Shown here one piece after another: positions 23,015-35,000 of a stretch of 64,000 bases of DNA. The DNA is from Schizochytrium sp. TIO01. Its lineage: Eukaryota > Protista > Bigyra: Labyrinthulomycetes. Location: the NCBI GenBank assembly GCA_004764695.1, contig SMSO01000032.1, forward strand, positions 4,434,483-4,498,482. The letters run 5' to 3'. The notes beneath the pieces are model-generated. The model had not been told where the DNA came from. It was given only the letters and a program-made list of their open reading frames with translations, and did no database searches. The position numbers and the translations under genes are program-made. Position 1 is the stretch's first letter. Every line of letters begins with the position of its first letter.

Positions 23015-26000
23015 ATGGCTTCTCAAAAACATCAAACCTCTGGTGGAAATAACAATGCAAGTTCATCCACTAGCAAGAGTAAACCCACCCGCACATTGAG
23101 CCTTGAAGACCTCTGTGCTGACAAAGTTACGAATCTCTCTCGAGATGACCTAGTCTTCCTTGCATCTGCGGACTTATACGAACACGGGGAAAGACGCAGT
23201 GTTTATGATTCATTACTGGACCTGACTCAATACCCAGCTTCGCGAGTTGCTATTCCGCATGAACTAGAGCTAGAACGCGAGACGAAAGACATCTCAGGTC
23301 TCACTTCGAGCCTCAGCAATTCGAGTCTTAGCAGCAGCAGTGGCAGCAGAGACAAGAAGAGTCAACGACGCAAGAAAAAACGTGGAAAGGCAAATGCAGG
23401 TACTGGAGATGGTGAGGACGATGAGGAGATTGCCGATACAGACATTGCTAGTCAGGCGGATGCAGCAGGTCGCTTCGGAACTCATGTTTTTGCTCGCCTC
23501 TTGTCCGAAACGCGCCATGATCCACTCTTACAGAGCGCGCTTTTGAGTCATGAGTTTATCATTGGTAAACCTTCTGCGCAGGAGGCATTAGATGAAGCAC
23601 TTCAGCACCAGCACCAGCAACAACGGCAGGACCAAAAAAAGGATGGTGAAATATTGGCTAAAGCTGAAGCACAGGAAGAAACTTCCCTAGCAGAAGTATC
23701 AGCAGCAAAGGAATCAAGCGAGTCACCAAGCGCAAAGGAGGAGTGTGAGGATGTTGTTCATCAAGAGACTACAACAGAAAACCTCTTAAAGAGTGACACC
23801 CAATCAGAAACCAGCACTGCGAAGGCAGTTGTGCAGGATGACAAGATTCAAGGAGGTGAAGACAAAATCGACGGCATCTCGCAAAATTCAGAGGATATTG
23901 CATTGGCACGTAAACGCGGTGCTAAATTATGGCGAATTAGAAGAGCGTCTGAACTTCGTGCTTATGAATCTGATACTACTAAGATGTCGGCATTGAGTGG
24001 CTCCGATATCCGACAAATTTCGACCCGGGCTGTCCAGGACCCTCAGCCATTACATGCAGTACTAATCAGCGTTCATGTTTTGGAGGCTGAGGACGATAGT
24101 GTTCGAGTACATGATCTCCAATTGTGTAACCAGTCTGTACCTTTGGCAAGTTCCAAGACAGCCGCCGAAATCATCCTTGACTATTTTGGTCGTCTCGCTC
24201 AGGACTATATTGCTTCAAAAGGAAAAGTTGGAAAGCGTGCGATCCATGCGCACCCTTTGACGTTTCTCCTTCTTCACTCACTCCTTCGCAGGTTGCCATC
24301 AAATAGTTCCGTAACAGCTCGCCGAATTCTGGCCATTCTCACTGCCAACTTTTACCATTTGGGTCTCAAGCGAGTAAGCCCATCGTCGGTAGGACTTGGC
24401 CACGTGAGCGAAGGGTCTGGAGACTTTGTATTCAAATTGCGTGACCTTGTCGTGGACCTTGCGATACGACCTTGGAAATCAGATTCTGAGCCTAAGCTTT
24501 CGGCTGCTGCCGTCAACCAGGCCACCCTGTGTTGGGCCCTCGCAATACCCTTTTTCTATCCGACACAACTAAAGAGGCGGCAAATCTTGCTTGATCTACT
24601 GCAAAATCCTCGCCGCGAGAATCCACTTTTGATTGAAGCCCTTTGTGCGCAACTCAGTCATCCTAGCCTTGCTGTTGTCGATCTTGACGTAATGCGAGCC
24701 CTTTTAGATTCGATTGCACACACTGAATCAAACACTCTTGAGGGCGCACCATTTTACCCTCTTGCGACGTATGCCTCCACAAATGATGAAAAGGTTGCAT
24801 CTAAGATGTTCACGACGGAGGAAGATAGCTCCAAAGCTGAAATTGGATCTTTAGAAGGCTCTCAGGACCATGGCGTTTGTGGCGATGCTCTATTGTCTTC
24901 ATTCAATGAAGAAATGGATGAAGAAGCAATGCTTCAGCAAGCATTGGCAATGTCGTTAGCTGCACAAGATCCTGAACCTTCAACACCGCCCCGTGCACGC
25001 CTAGCAAAGGCTGAAACAGCATCTGCATCCAGTAATGATGCGCCTATTGCGGTTCCAACACCGCCTACTATGTCGTCAGAAAGACAAACGGAGCATGATC
25101 TCGCAGAGACCTCTCGCAAAGTATTTCCAGCAGGCTTCTTCCAAAAACGACTCTTGAAAGTAACACAGGATCTACTGTTCCAGCTTTATGGAGACGCTTC
25201 CACTGCTGGTTCAACAGACAAAACTCGAAACTCTCTCGAATCTCAGCTTGTCTTACAAGAAGCACGCTGTGCCGAATCAATCGAATTAAGCAACAAGGAT
25301 CGTACAGCTACACAAAAAGCTGACAAAGAGTGGGGAACCGCACTCGCTCAAGTGGCTTTGACCAAGGAGCGGCGAATCTATCAATGGAGCGTTATTCTTA
25401 ACCGTTGCGAAAAGGGTCATGTCTTTATCGGGGTGGCTACTCAAAGTGCCAACACAAGTACCTATTTAGGTGGTGACCGAAATGGATGGGGCCTCATCGG
25501 CACAAAGGTGCTTTGGCATAATCGATCGAAGTACCGGTCTTATGGCTCTGGGTTTCGCACGGGCGATGTTGTGACACTAACTTTAGACACCGAGGAAGGT
25601 ACGCTATCTTACCAGTGCAATGGAAAAAGTGACTGGGGTGTTGCATTCCGAGGATTGTCTGATTTTTGTAACGAGGGCCTTTATCCAGCTGTTGCTCTTT
25701 ACCAACGTGGAGACTCTGTAACTATTGGCGAGGCCATATCACAATCTACAGATAGCAGCAATGCAGAAGCATCACGAGAGATAAATGTAGGAGGACATTT
25801 TTCCATGATGCTGCCAGCGCCGTCTTTGCATGCACGTATGAATCGAGTTAATGAGCGTCTTGCAAGCGAAGATATTGCTTTACCGAGTATGGAATACTTT
25901 CAAGAATTAATTCGCCAACCAAGCTGTGTACGAAGTGGTCTTATTGAGGGCTTACTTGCAACCATGGTGCTTTGGCCTCAAAATGGGATAGCTCTGCCAA

Positions 26001-29000
26001 CCGCTCTCGAGTCTATACGTCTTGGCCTTCAGCTATTGGCTGACGATCCCAAGTCGTTTGCTCGTCTTGAAGATAATGTACCTGTGCTTGAAGGTAAGTG
26101 GAATTTTCATTCCCAGGAACCTTTAAGTCAGATATATGAACTTTCTTTTGAAGAAGACCCAGACACTGGTGCACTGATGTCCCCGGCCGATACCTCATCT
26201 TCTGTGAGTGTGTCTGGCTTCCGTACAGGAAGACATGTCAATTTTACTGAAGAATGGAAAGAGGCGGGCTCGTCTTGCACTCTGTCTCTTCGAATACTCC
26301 CAGGAGATTTCATTATGTTTGGCACGTACACAGACAAACGAAGTCTATCTACTTCCGGCATTGTCTTTGCGTACCGTTCTGACTACTCCAGAGAACTACT
26401 CGAGAGTAAAATTAAACCTGCTGAATGGCAGCAGCTCATAGGACTGTACCTAGGTAAAATGGCATCTATTGTACTTCGTGCACGTACCTTTGATGAAATG
26501 CATCCGAGCAAAGCTAATTCTGCAGTCACAAAGGGATTACCGGGTGGTCTTGATGCTTCGAGTGCCGAGAGCGATGGGCTTGATGTAGGCAAACAAGCTA
26601 GCGAGGACAGTGAGGAAGATGATAACGAAGATGTAGCTGTGGGCGCTGGCAACCTGGACGTTGATGAAGGTGATGAATCAAACAGCACAAAAGGAGAAGC
26701 TACACCAGCTGATAGGAGAGATAACACTACATCTGATAAGGAAATCAGTAAACTTCTGCACTCACAGCTGTTAGAAGGGGGATTTTCTGCTGGCACCCTC
26801 AACTCATTTCTTAGATACAGAAGCGGACAGTTTGTTGAGGGCCAAACTGTTCTTGCTCTCTCTGGGCATGATGTTCGTACTCTGAGCTCTCCTGTAAACT
26901 CTCTAGGTAAATCACCGAAAAGCGGGGAGTCGCTTTCTCCGACTGCTGAACCTGACCGAAGCGTCAAGGAGGAAGTTTCGTGGGGTGTAGATGATGAAAA
27001 GGACATAGTTTTCTTAGAGGCGTTTTTGCTTAACCAAGACGACACTGCACTAGCTTTGAGCGACACCGCAAATATTAAAAATGAAGACATTCGCTCTCAA
27101 GACCCTCAAAATGTAATGCATTCTGATATCGACCAATTAGATCAGTGGATGCTAAGGTTTGCAGGGAAAAGCGCTTTCATCTCCGTTGGGGGTTCAGCAA
27201 TGCGAGCTGCTAGGCTTGCAACTGTTGCTGCCATGCTCATGCACACTGGCCTGCTGCAAGAAGCTAGACTGTTATATCTTTGGTTGAAACAAACCGACAA
27301 TTGGGAACAGGATAAGGATCTGGATGGCCTACAACCATCGAGGATGTTGACAGGTGTTTGGCGCGCCTCTCAGCGAATTATTGAATGGGCAATACGCTCG
27401 AAACAGCAAAGTGGCTCTACTTATGGAGTTTTGGCAGAGAAAATTGTCACCAAAGCGCGTTTTTTGCTTTCAGTGAAGCCAAGTGCTGTACCCTATCTAG
27501 ACTTTACAATCGGCCTTCAGCGCCGCCCCTCTTCTGACAGTCTGGGACCTTTGCGAGTTGATGCCTCGCAATTGGAAGGTTCAAGCGACTCTGCTGCAAA
27601 ACATATCTCTATCTCAAGTCTAATTACGTCCTCTTTTGTTGACCAAATCGTTGCGGAACATCCTGCAAATGTGTCGCTACTTGAAATCCTGGAGCAATGG
27701 AAACGAGTTGCCAAATTTGTGACCCGTAGCTCTGGATCGTTTCGAACGCACCCGCATGCACTGGAGTCGGTGATCAAATTTGTAAAGGGAAATTTCACCG
27801 TATCTCGCCTGCGGAGCTCCATGCTAGATGCGACATGGCGTGCAACCCAACGCTCGGCTGGCCTTAACCTGTTCTCTCTTTTCTTTTCAAAGCATCGTGC
27901 AAAGACTCTGAGCTTTCAGCAAGTCTTTGGCCTTCCAGATATTACTGTTCTACCTGCTGTTCGCCAAGGTGTTCTTGAGTGGCTAGCTCCCGCTCTACAG
28001 AATGGAAAACTACCGATTTGCCTCGAGAAGTTTAGTCTTCCTCCTCGCGGAAGCAGCCTAGCAGTGAGCTCTTCTAGAGCAACATTTTCTCGTGGAGGCT
28101 CTCGTACTGATAGCGGACAAGCACAATCTTCGACAGGTCTAAACGCCATTTTGGAGCAGCGAGAGCAGCGTGCTCCAGAGATAACGCCTATGGATTTCAC
28201 AGACCTCGGAGGTGGGCCTGCATCTGAACGTGGTTTTGGGGGCTCAAGCGATACTGGAGGTATTGCTTCAACATCTGCATCAGATAATAGCTCCAGTTCC
28301 AGTTCTATCAGCGATGGGAACTATTTGACAGACACTTGCGGATGTGGAAAGGAGCTGCAGCATACTGTACGAACTTCCTTTGAACACCTTTTCTCTACTT
28401 TGGCTGCGGATCTAGAACGTGCAGCAATGGGCGAGGCTCCAGCAATGCAACTTGGTATAATCAATACCTGGAATCTGTCTTTGTCGCCACACGACCACCA
28501 ATTTCTTTCCCGTATCGGGATCTTCAGAATCTTCCATCAAGTTCTCTCATCTGCTCGTGCACGAATCTCAACTCTGGAAGATGCAGAAAGTGAGGCTGGT
28601 AATGATATCGCGCCCACCGGACTTACATCGGCATCAGGAAACGAAATACTGATTGAAGTTTATCAGAGAATCATGAAAGCTGCTCTGATGGTTGTTCACC
28701 TTCTGGCGGCACAGATTGTATCCTCCAAGGGCGTATATGGAGATGATTCTACAAGTTTTAGCCTGCGAAGTCCTACTGCGTCACTTTTAAACAATCTCAA
28801 AACTCACACACGCCCCACCGGTGCGGAGACACTGGGCAAGTCAGTGTTTGAAATGCTTTTTACTGAACTTGAGACAGCTTTGGAGTCCAACGCCGAAGAA
28901 GAATATGCTTATCAGGTGATCATGTTACTGTTTACAATCACTGTGAATGGAATACGCACTTGCGCACCATATTTATCTTCAGCAGACCGCATTGACACAC

Positions 29001-32000
29001 TGTTGCAGGCAACATACTCTAGTTCTCCTCGAATTCACCATCGTACTATACGGTTGCTTGCGCGTCTTCTCCCTACAATTCGGTTAAGTCCCCTTATAGA
29101 TGACCTTCAGACTAATGTTGACGTGATTCGTCGTTTATCCGCACTGGTAGAGTCTGCACATCCAGGTACTCTTGCAGAGATGACTGAAGCGTGCATCGGA
29201 GATAGTGTAGAGAGCCTTTCATATGAAACTCGTGTGGCGCGAGCTTCCGATGTTGTTGCACTTATTCGCTTGTTATTGAATGACAAGCAAAGCCCGTGGG
29301 CTGCTGTTGTGCAAGAAATACTATTAGAGATGCTCAAGAACAAGTCTCAAGAGCGCCAGCGATGGGCAGCTGTGTGCATTCTGGGAGGTATGTTCGACCC
29401 CATTCGTATTTGTGGTAAAGTTCAGTTTTCTCCTGCATGGCTGAGTCGTGTAGACGAAGCTCATTATGAAGAAATGAAAGCTTTAAGTCAAAAAGTAGGT
29501 GTTCTGGCTGCGTTCAAGGGTACAAAGCAAGAGACTGCGCAAATCTTACTTCAAGACTTGCCTTCTGGGTCCACCGATGGCTCGATGGAGAACGAAACTT
29601 CAGGGGCTACATCAAGTAAGGAGCCTTCGTTGAACAGCAATCGTGCAAGTGATAAGGAGACTCTTCGACTCATGTCAGCGACTCTTGATACTGACTTGAT
29701 TGTGCCAATTCCTGAGATTGAGGTTACTATGGAGATGAGGGGTCTTCTGTTAAGTGCTTATAAAGATGCTCTTCAGGAATTAGCTGGTTCTGAGCAATGT
29801 TTGCCAGGACTAAACACTATTCAGGCTGGCAAGATAGAAGATAGCAATGCTGGAATTGCAAGCAAAGGAGATGGAGATAATGAAGACGAAGATGACACGC
29901 CTGAAGAAGAAACTCGTAAACATTACTTTGAACGCGCTGAAATTGGACTTCAGCGTGCGATCATGAAAGCTGCCCTTTCAAAGAGTGTGGTTGCGCTTGG
30001 TGCGGAACAAGTCTTCTCTCCAGACTTCATTGAAAAGCTTCTAGAGCTTGCTGTGGATGCAACTCCTACATCTGGAATTAGGGACCTCGGCAAAGTCGAG
30101 GCGTGGTGGCGTCATACATTACAACGCTACAATGAGATTCTTGACGCGCAAGCCAAACTGGTACGCGCTGATGCGGATTCGTCTGAGCGTAATAAGGATG
30201 GCGAGGCAGGCGCGGACAAAGGAAGTATTTCAGCTTCCGATGATGAGGAGGAACTTTCTCCCGAGCTGCGCTCGATTATGGAGCTGGATATGGGCTTTCC
30301 CAAAGAAGTTTGCCAGATCGCGTTAGAGCGTTGCAACAATGATGTTGACGCAGCTATCGACTTTTGCATCGAACACAATGGAGACATAGATATACTTGTT
30401 GAAGCTGCGGAGAGGGCGCGTCGTCAGAGCGTTTCTGCTTCGAATGAGGTGCAGGTTTCGTCAGTTCGCCGTAGATTTGTAATCGAAAAACTTGTGGAAA
30501 TGGGTTTTCCCGAACGCTATTGTGCGCGTGCAGTCGACACAGTTGGCGAGAACTTTGATAATGCACTCACTTGGATTTTGAGCAACGGTGATGTTCTGAA
30601 TCAAGAGGACGAGGATGATAGCGCGGAATCCGAAACACAGAACGAAGTTCTAGATGGTGCTGGACCAGATCTTTCTTCAAATACATTACAGGAAGATGCA
30701 ATAGCGCATGGGGACTTTCCACAGGGTGTCATGAGCCAAAAGACACATGCGCTTGCTCAGAACCTTCCCATTGGAACAGGCGGCCTGACTGCAACAAGCG
30801 GAATGGATGTTGTCGACATTAAAGATGATCTTACAGTTGGTGTGAAAGTGAGCGCCAATGGTTTTCCTAGCGTATGTGCTCGTGATATCCTCCTTCATAA
30901 GGGAATGTGGTACTATGAAGTAACTTTGATGACAGATAACTGCATGCAAATTGGCTGGGCGGATGCTTCCTTTACTGGCAATGCTGGCGAAGGCGATGGT
31001 GTAGGTGACGATGGTCGCTCTTGGTCTTTCGATGGCTATCGCCAATTTGCATGGCACGCGAAGAGTCGATCTTGGGGGCGTGCATGGGCGAAAAACCAAG
31101 TAGTATGTATTGCTATTGACCTTGACAAGGGTGATATGTGGTTTGGTCTGGATGGTGATTATGAAAATGGTATGGGTCTTATGGTTAGCGGGCTACGGAG
31201 GGATGTAGACTACATTGAAGGCTTGACGCCAGCTGCATCCCTAAACCGAACGGAAAAAATGCAATTCAACTTCGGCCAGCGTCCATTCAAGTTTCACCCT
31301 CCTTCGTGCTTTCCAGATAACAAATGGCGCCCCGTTGCAGCTGGCATCACAGATCGTGAGTGCAATGCTCGCTACTATCGTTGGTTTGATGATGTTTCTG
31401 AAGAATCTGTTTCGAAGTATTTTCATCAGCACCAAGTTGAGGACTGTTTTGAGGAAGAGGTGCCGGCGTTTAGTTCCCGCGTTCTTAAAGAACGATATTT
31501 CCCAACCGAGTCGCCTTCTGCAGGATCGAATAATATCAATATATCGGGGCTAGGGGGGACAGTAGCAGGCATAGGTAGCTCTACAAGTGGGGCGCGCCAG
31601 GGGCACCGGTTGCATGGTATTGGTGCACCTGGATCCCGCTCGCGAGCAGCTCAAGTTGAGCCCAATCAACCGAACAAAGTTGTTCCAGACAACATCTGTG
31701 CAGGTGGAGAGCTTGATGAAGATTTATTGTCAGTAAAGGACTTGGACCTCATTTCTGTCGCGCCTTTGCAAGATGTTGTTAATGATTTTCGTAAAGCAAG
31801 AGGGCTTTTGCCAGGCGCTACTATAAAATCGGTCTTAGCATCTCTGCTTGTTACAAGTAAGACGCTTGTCTGTCTATACGCTCGTCTTTCGCTTGTGTCG
31901 TTGCTCGAAAGCTGGTCAACTCTTAACAGCGACACGGTTGAGTCTCTCGCAGCATCCCTAGCATCAGGACCCAAGCGTGGTGAACTCTTTACGAAATTTT

Positions 32001-35000
32001 TGAAGCTTGTGGCAAATGACGTTGTGCCGTTGCCAAGATCAGGGCTTGTCGCAGAACCTGACGCTCTTTTATCTGCTATCAGATGTGCCCTTTTTTCGAT
32101 TTGCCAAACAACAAATGTCGTGGAAGCAATTCTACAGTCAGTCTCCTTTGATCTTGCTCGTGCGTCGATGCGTATTTTTGGCTCTGTCCAATGGAAAGAC
32201 AGTACAGTCCTTTCTCAAGTATTTACAGAGGCCAAGCGCTTTGACCTCCCTTCACTTCTCAATCATGCTGCAGCTGTTTACAAGAAGCAAACATCAGAGA
32301 ACATGGGTAGATATTGCGGGCCTGCAGCTTCCAACATGCGCTTTGACGACGTGGTTATCACTGAGCTTCCGTCAGTGAAGCTTGCTCTATGGTACACACA
32401 TTTCCTCGTAGAATCGCGCGGTTTTGATGCATCAGTGGTACGCAAGCTTTTTGCAGCTTGGTCTTTAGCTTTACGTTCACCAGGCGTGAGCTTAAAACAC
32501 CTCGCAGTTGAGGTGCTATGCACTATTCTCAACCAAGTTCTAAATTGTGCAGAATCTCATGACGTTTCGTCTCAACTTTTGGACCTTTTAACACTAGCAC
32601 CATTTGAGAGGATCCAGAAGCTCGCTAAACGATGTCTCAACCGGGCGGGTACTACTGCGGTTGTTCACGGGCATTTGTTGCAAGCAATAGCTGAACTTTG
32701 TACGCTCTGGCAATCAATCCAGCAGAAGCTTCCTGATAGATCAGGAACTGCACTAGATGCCCTTGACGCTGCAAGCTTGGCTATTCACGATGCGGATGAC
32801 CTTGTTGGAGTAGGACCCGATTCCTTCTCAGGTATGCTTCTCCAATATCCAATCAAAATTCCCTCAGATGACGAGGAAGCAAAGGCCTTAGATGACGAGG
32901 CCTCACTAATACTTCGCAACATCCAGATCGGAGATTTAGTTATTCGTGGACCTGCTTGGGACTGTGGTGACGAAGATGGGGGCATTGGTAATATTGGATT
33001 TGTAGTAGGTATGGAAGAACAACATGTTCTTGTACGCTGGCGAGTCGCAAAAGACTTTGGTGATATTCACTCTTCAGCTCAGGGAAGTGGTCAAGACATA
33101 GTACCGCCCGTTGTTCACCCGGACCAAGTCTCGATAGCCGCTCAACATGATGACCAGGTTGTGAACGAACAAGCTCATCATAACAACGAACAGCAGAGCT
33201 TTCAAGATCTAGTTAACCATGCTGGCGAAGGTGTTGAAGACGAGGATGAAGACGAAGATGAAGACGAAGATGAAGAAGTAGACGAGGAGGAAGATGTTGA
33301 GGAGCATGATGATAGTGAGTCCTATACAGATGATGCCCTCCTTCGGAAGTACGAGCCGTATGATAAGTCCTTGAAGAGTTGGCGCCTGGTAACGCTCCGA
33401 TACCGCCCAGATGATAATGACTTTGTTCGTCTGGACTTGCCGAGTCTTCAAGAGGAAGAGGTAAGGCGCAACATCGAAACTCAACGCAAGAAACGTGCTT
33501 TCAATATTGTTCACTCGACTAGGGCAATTCCAGAAAATGAGGCGAAAATGGGTGCTCGTCTTCGTCTCGGCGTGCAATTGTGGCTTACTCGCGATCGCGC
33601 ACATGGCATCCTTCGTCTCCCTGTTTTCCATGCCGACATTCGTGTTTCGGTTTCGCAACTGGAGGATGGCACACTGAAAGTTGTGGAGGAAGAACTACTT
33701 GAAGGAACCCCTACGCGTGGCTGGGAAGCTCGGTTTGGTTCTCCGCAGTGGCGACCGGGAACTGTTTACTACTTGCATGAAAACCCAGAGACCCAGAAGC
33801 TATCTGGCAAGTTCTCCATCGAACTCCCTGAAATCAGAGTGCCTCATCATGTGAACTGTTTAGAGGATCGCATGAAGGACTGCAAGGAGCTTGAAGAACT
33901 CGAAGAAGAAGCCAGATCTAAATCTAACTCGGAGACCTCTCGCTCTGGAGGGCGCGGTGGGCCAGGCCTCAGTGGGGGATCCAATGGGGTGCAACGTGTT
34001 TTTATTCAACGCGGTGAGCAAGAACAGGCAATTGCTGTTGATATATCTGCTCTTGAGGAATTAGGTGATTCTGATCTTCTTGAGGCGCTGCTACGTCCTT
34101 TGATGGGCGGAAGCAGTGTAGCAGAAGTTGATGTTCGTAATCTAAGCCGTCGAGCAGCTCAAGCTATCGGACGCCAGAGTGAAAGCGATTTTCACCAACA
34201 ACAGCAACAAGTATCTTCTTCGCGCTCACGTCACTCCTTGCAGAACAGCAGGACTGGAACAAGCGATGCTCGTAGGGAGCAACGTGCATCTAGTAGTATA
34301 AGTGCTGCTAGTTTGAGTCAAGCAAGTGAGTTTGATGACGACGCAATTGCTGCCGTGGAGGCCGAGTATTTGAAGCCAGTCACAGTCCACCTCAAGGGGG
34401 CTGTAAGTGCTACTGTACATGCAACACGGCTATGGACTTTTCATCAACTACTTTGTAAGGCTGGTGTGGAAGTGCCTGAGCATATGTCGATCACTTCCGA
34501 AGGGGTGGATCGCTCTATCCTTCCGGATCATTTGATCGCTGAGATTTGTCGTTCAAAGGATGACACGGAGCTTGATTTAGTTGTATCGGATGTGAACAGC
34601 TCGAATACAAGTTCAGAGCAAACAAGGATTTCAATTGACCAAAGTCTTTCATCTGAAACAGAGACCGAACTTGAATCTCTTGTTGTACATGGTACGGTTG
34701 AGCTATCTGCACATGAACTATATCAACTTGATAAAGATGCAAAAGGATCGTCAATGCTGCTGAGTGACAGTGACCAGCTCGTCACTTTAAGCTCTCATGA
34801 TATGGAATCTCGTGGACTAGTGATCGGAACTGTGGGATTTAGCTCAGGTGTTCATTATTGGGAGGTCAAGGTGGAACAAGCTTCACAAGAGTATGGTTCC
34901 GTCTTTGTGGGTGTATCAGAACGCCCCCCTGGTGTATTTGCTGCAGGCACCCAGCTTTCTTTCTTGCGCAGATGGGACCGCTCACCAGCAGCCTATGGGT

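Noticed and set aside
26383-27090. 235-aa antisense ORF and other antisense ORFs within long CDSs
   Set aside because: Shadow frames of the sense coding sequence; Ser-rich with no motifs.
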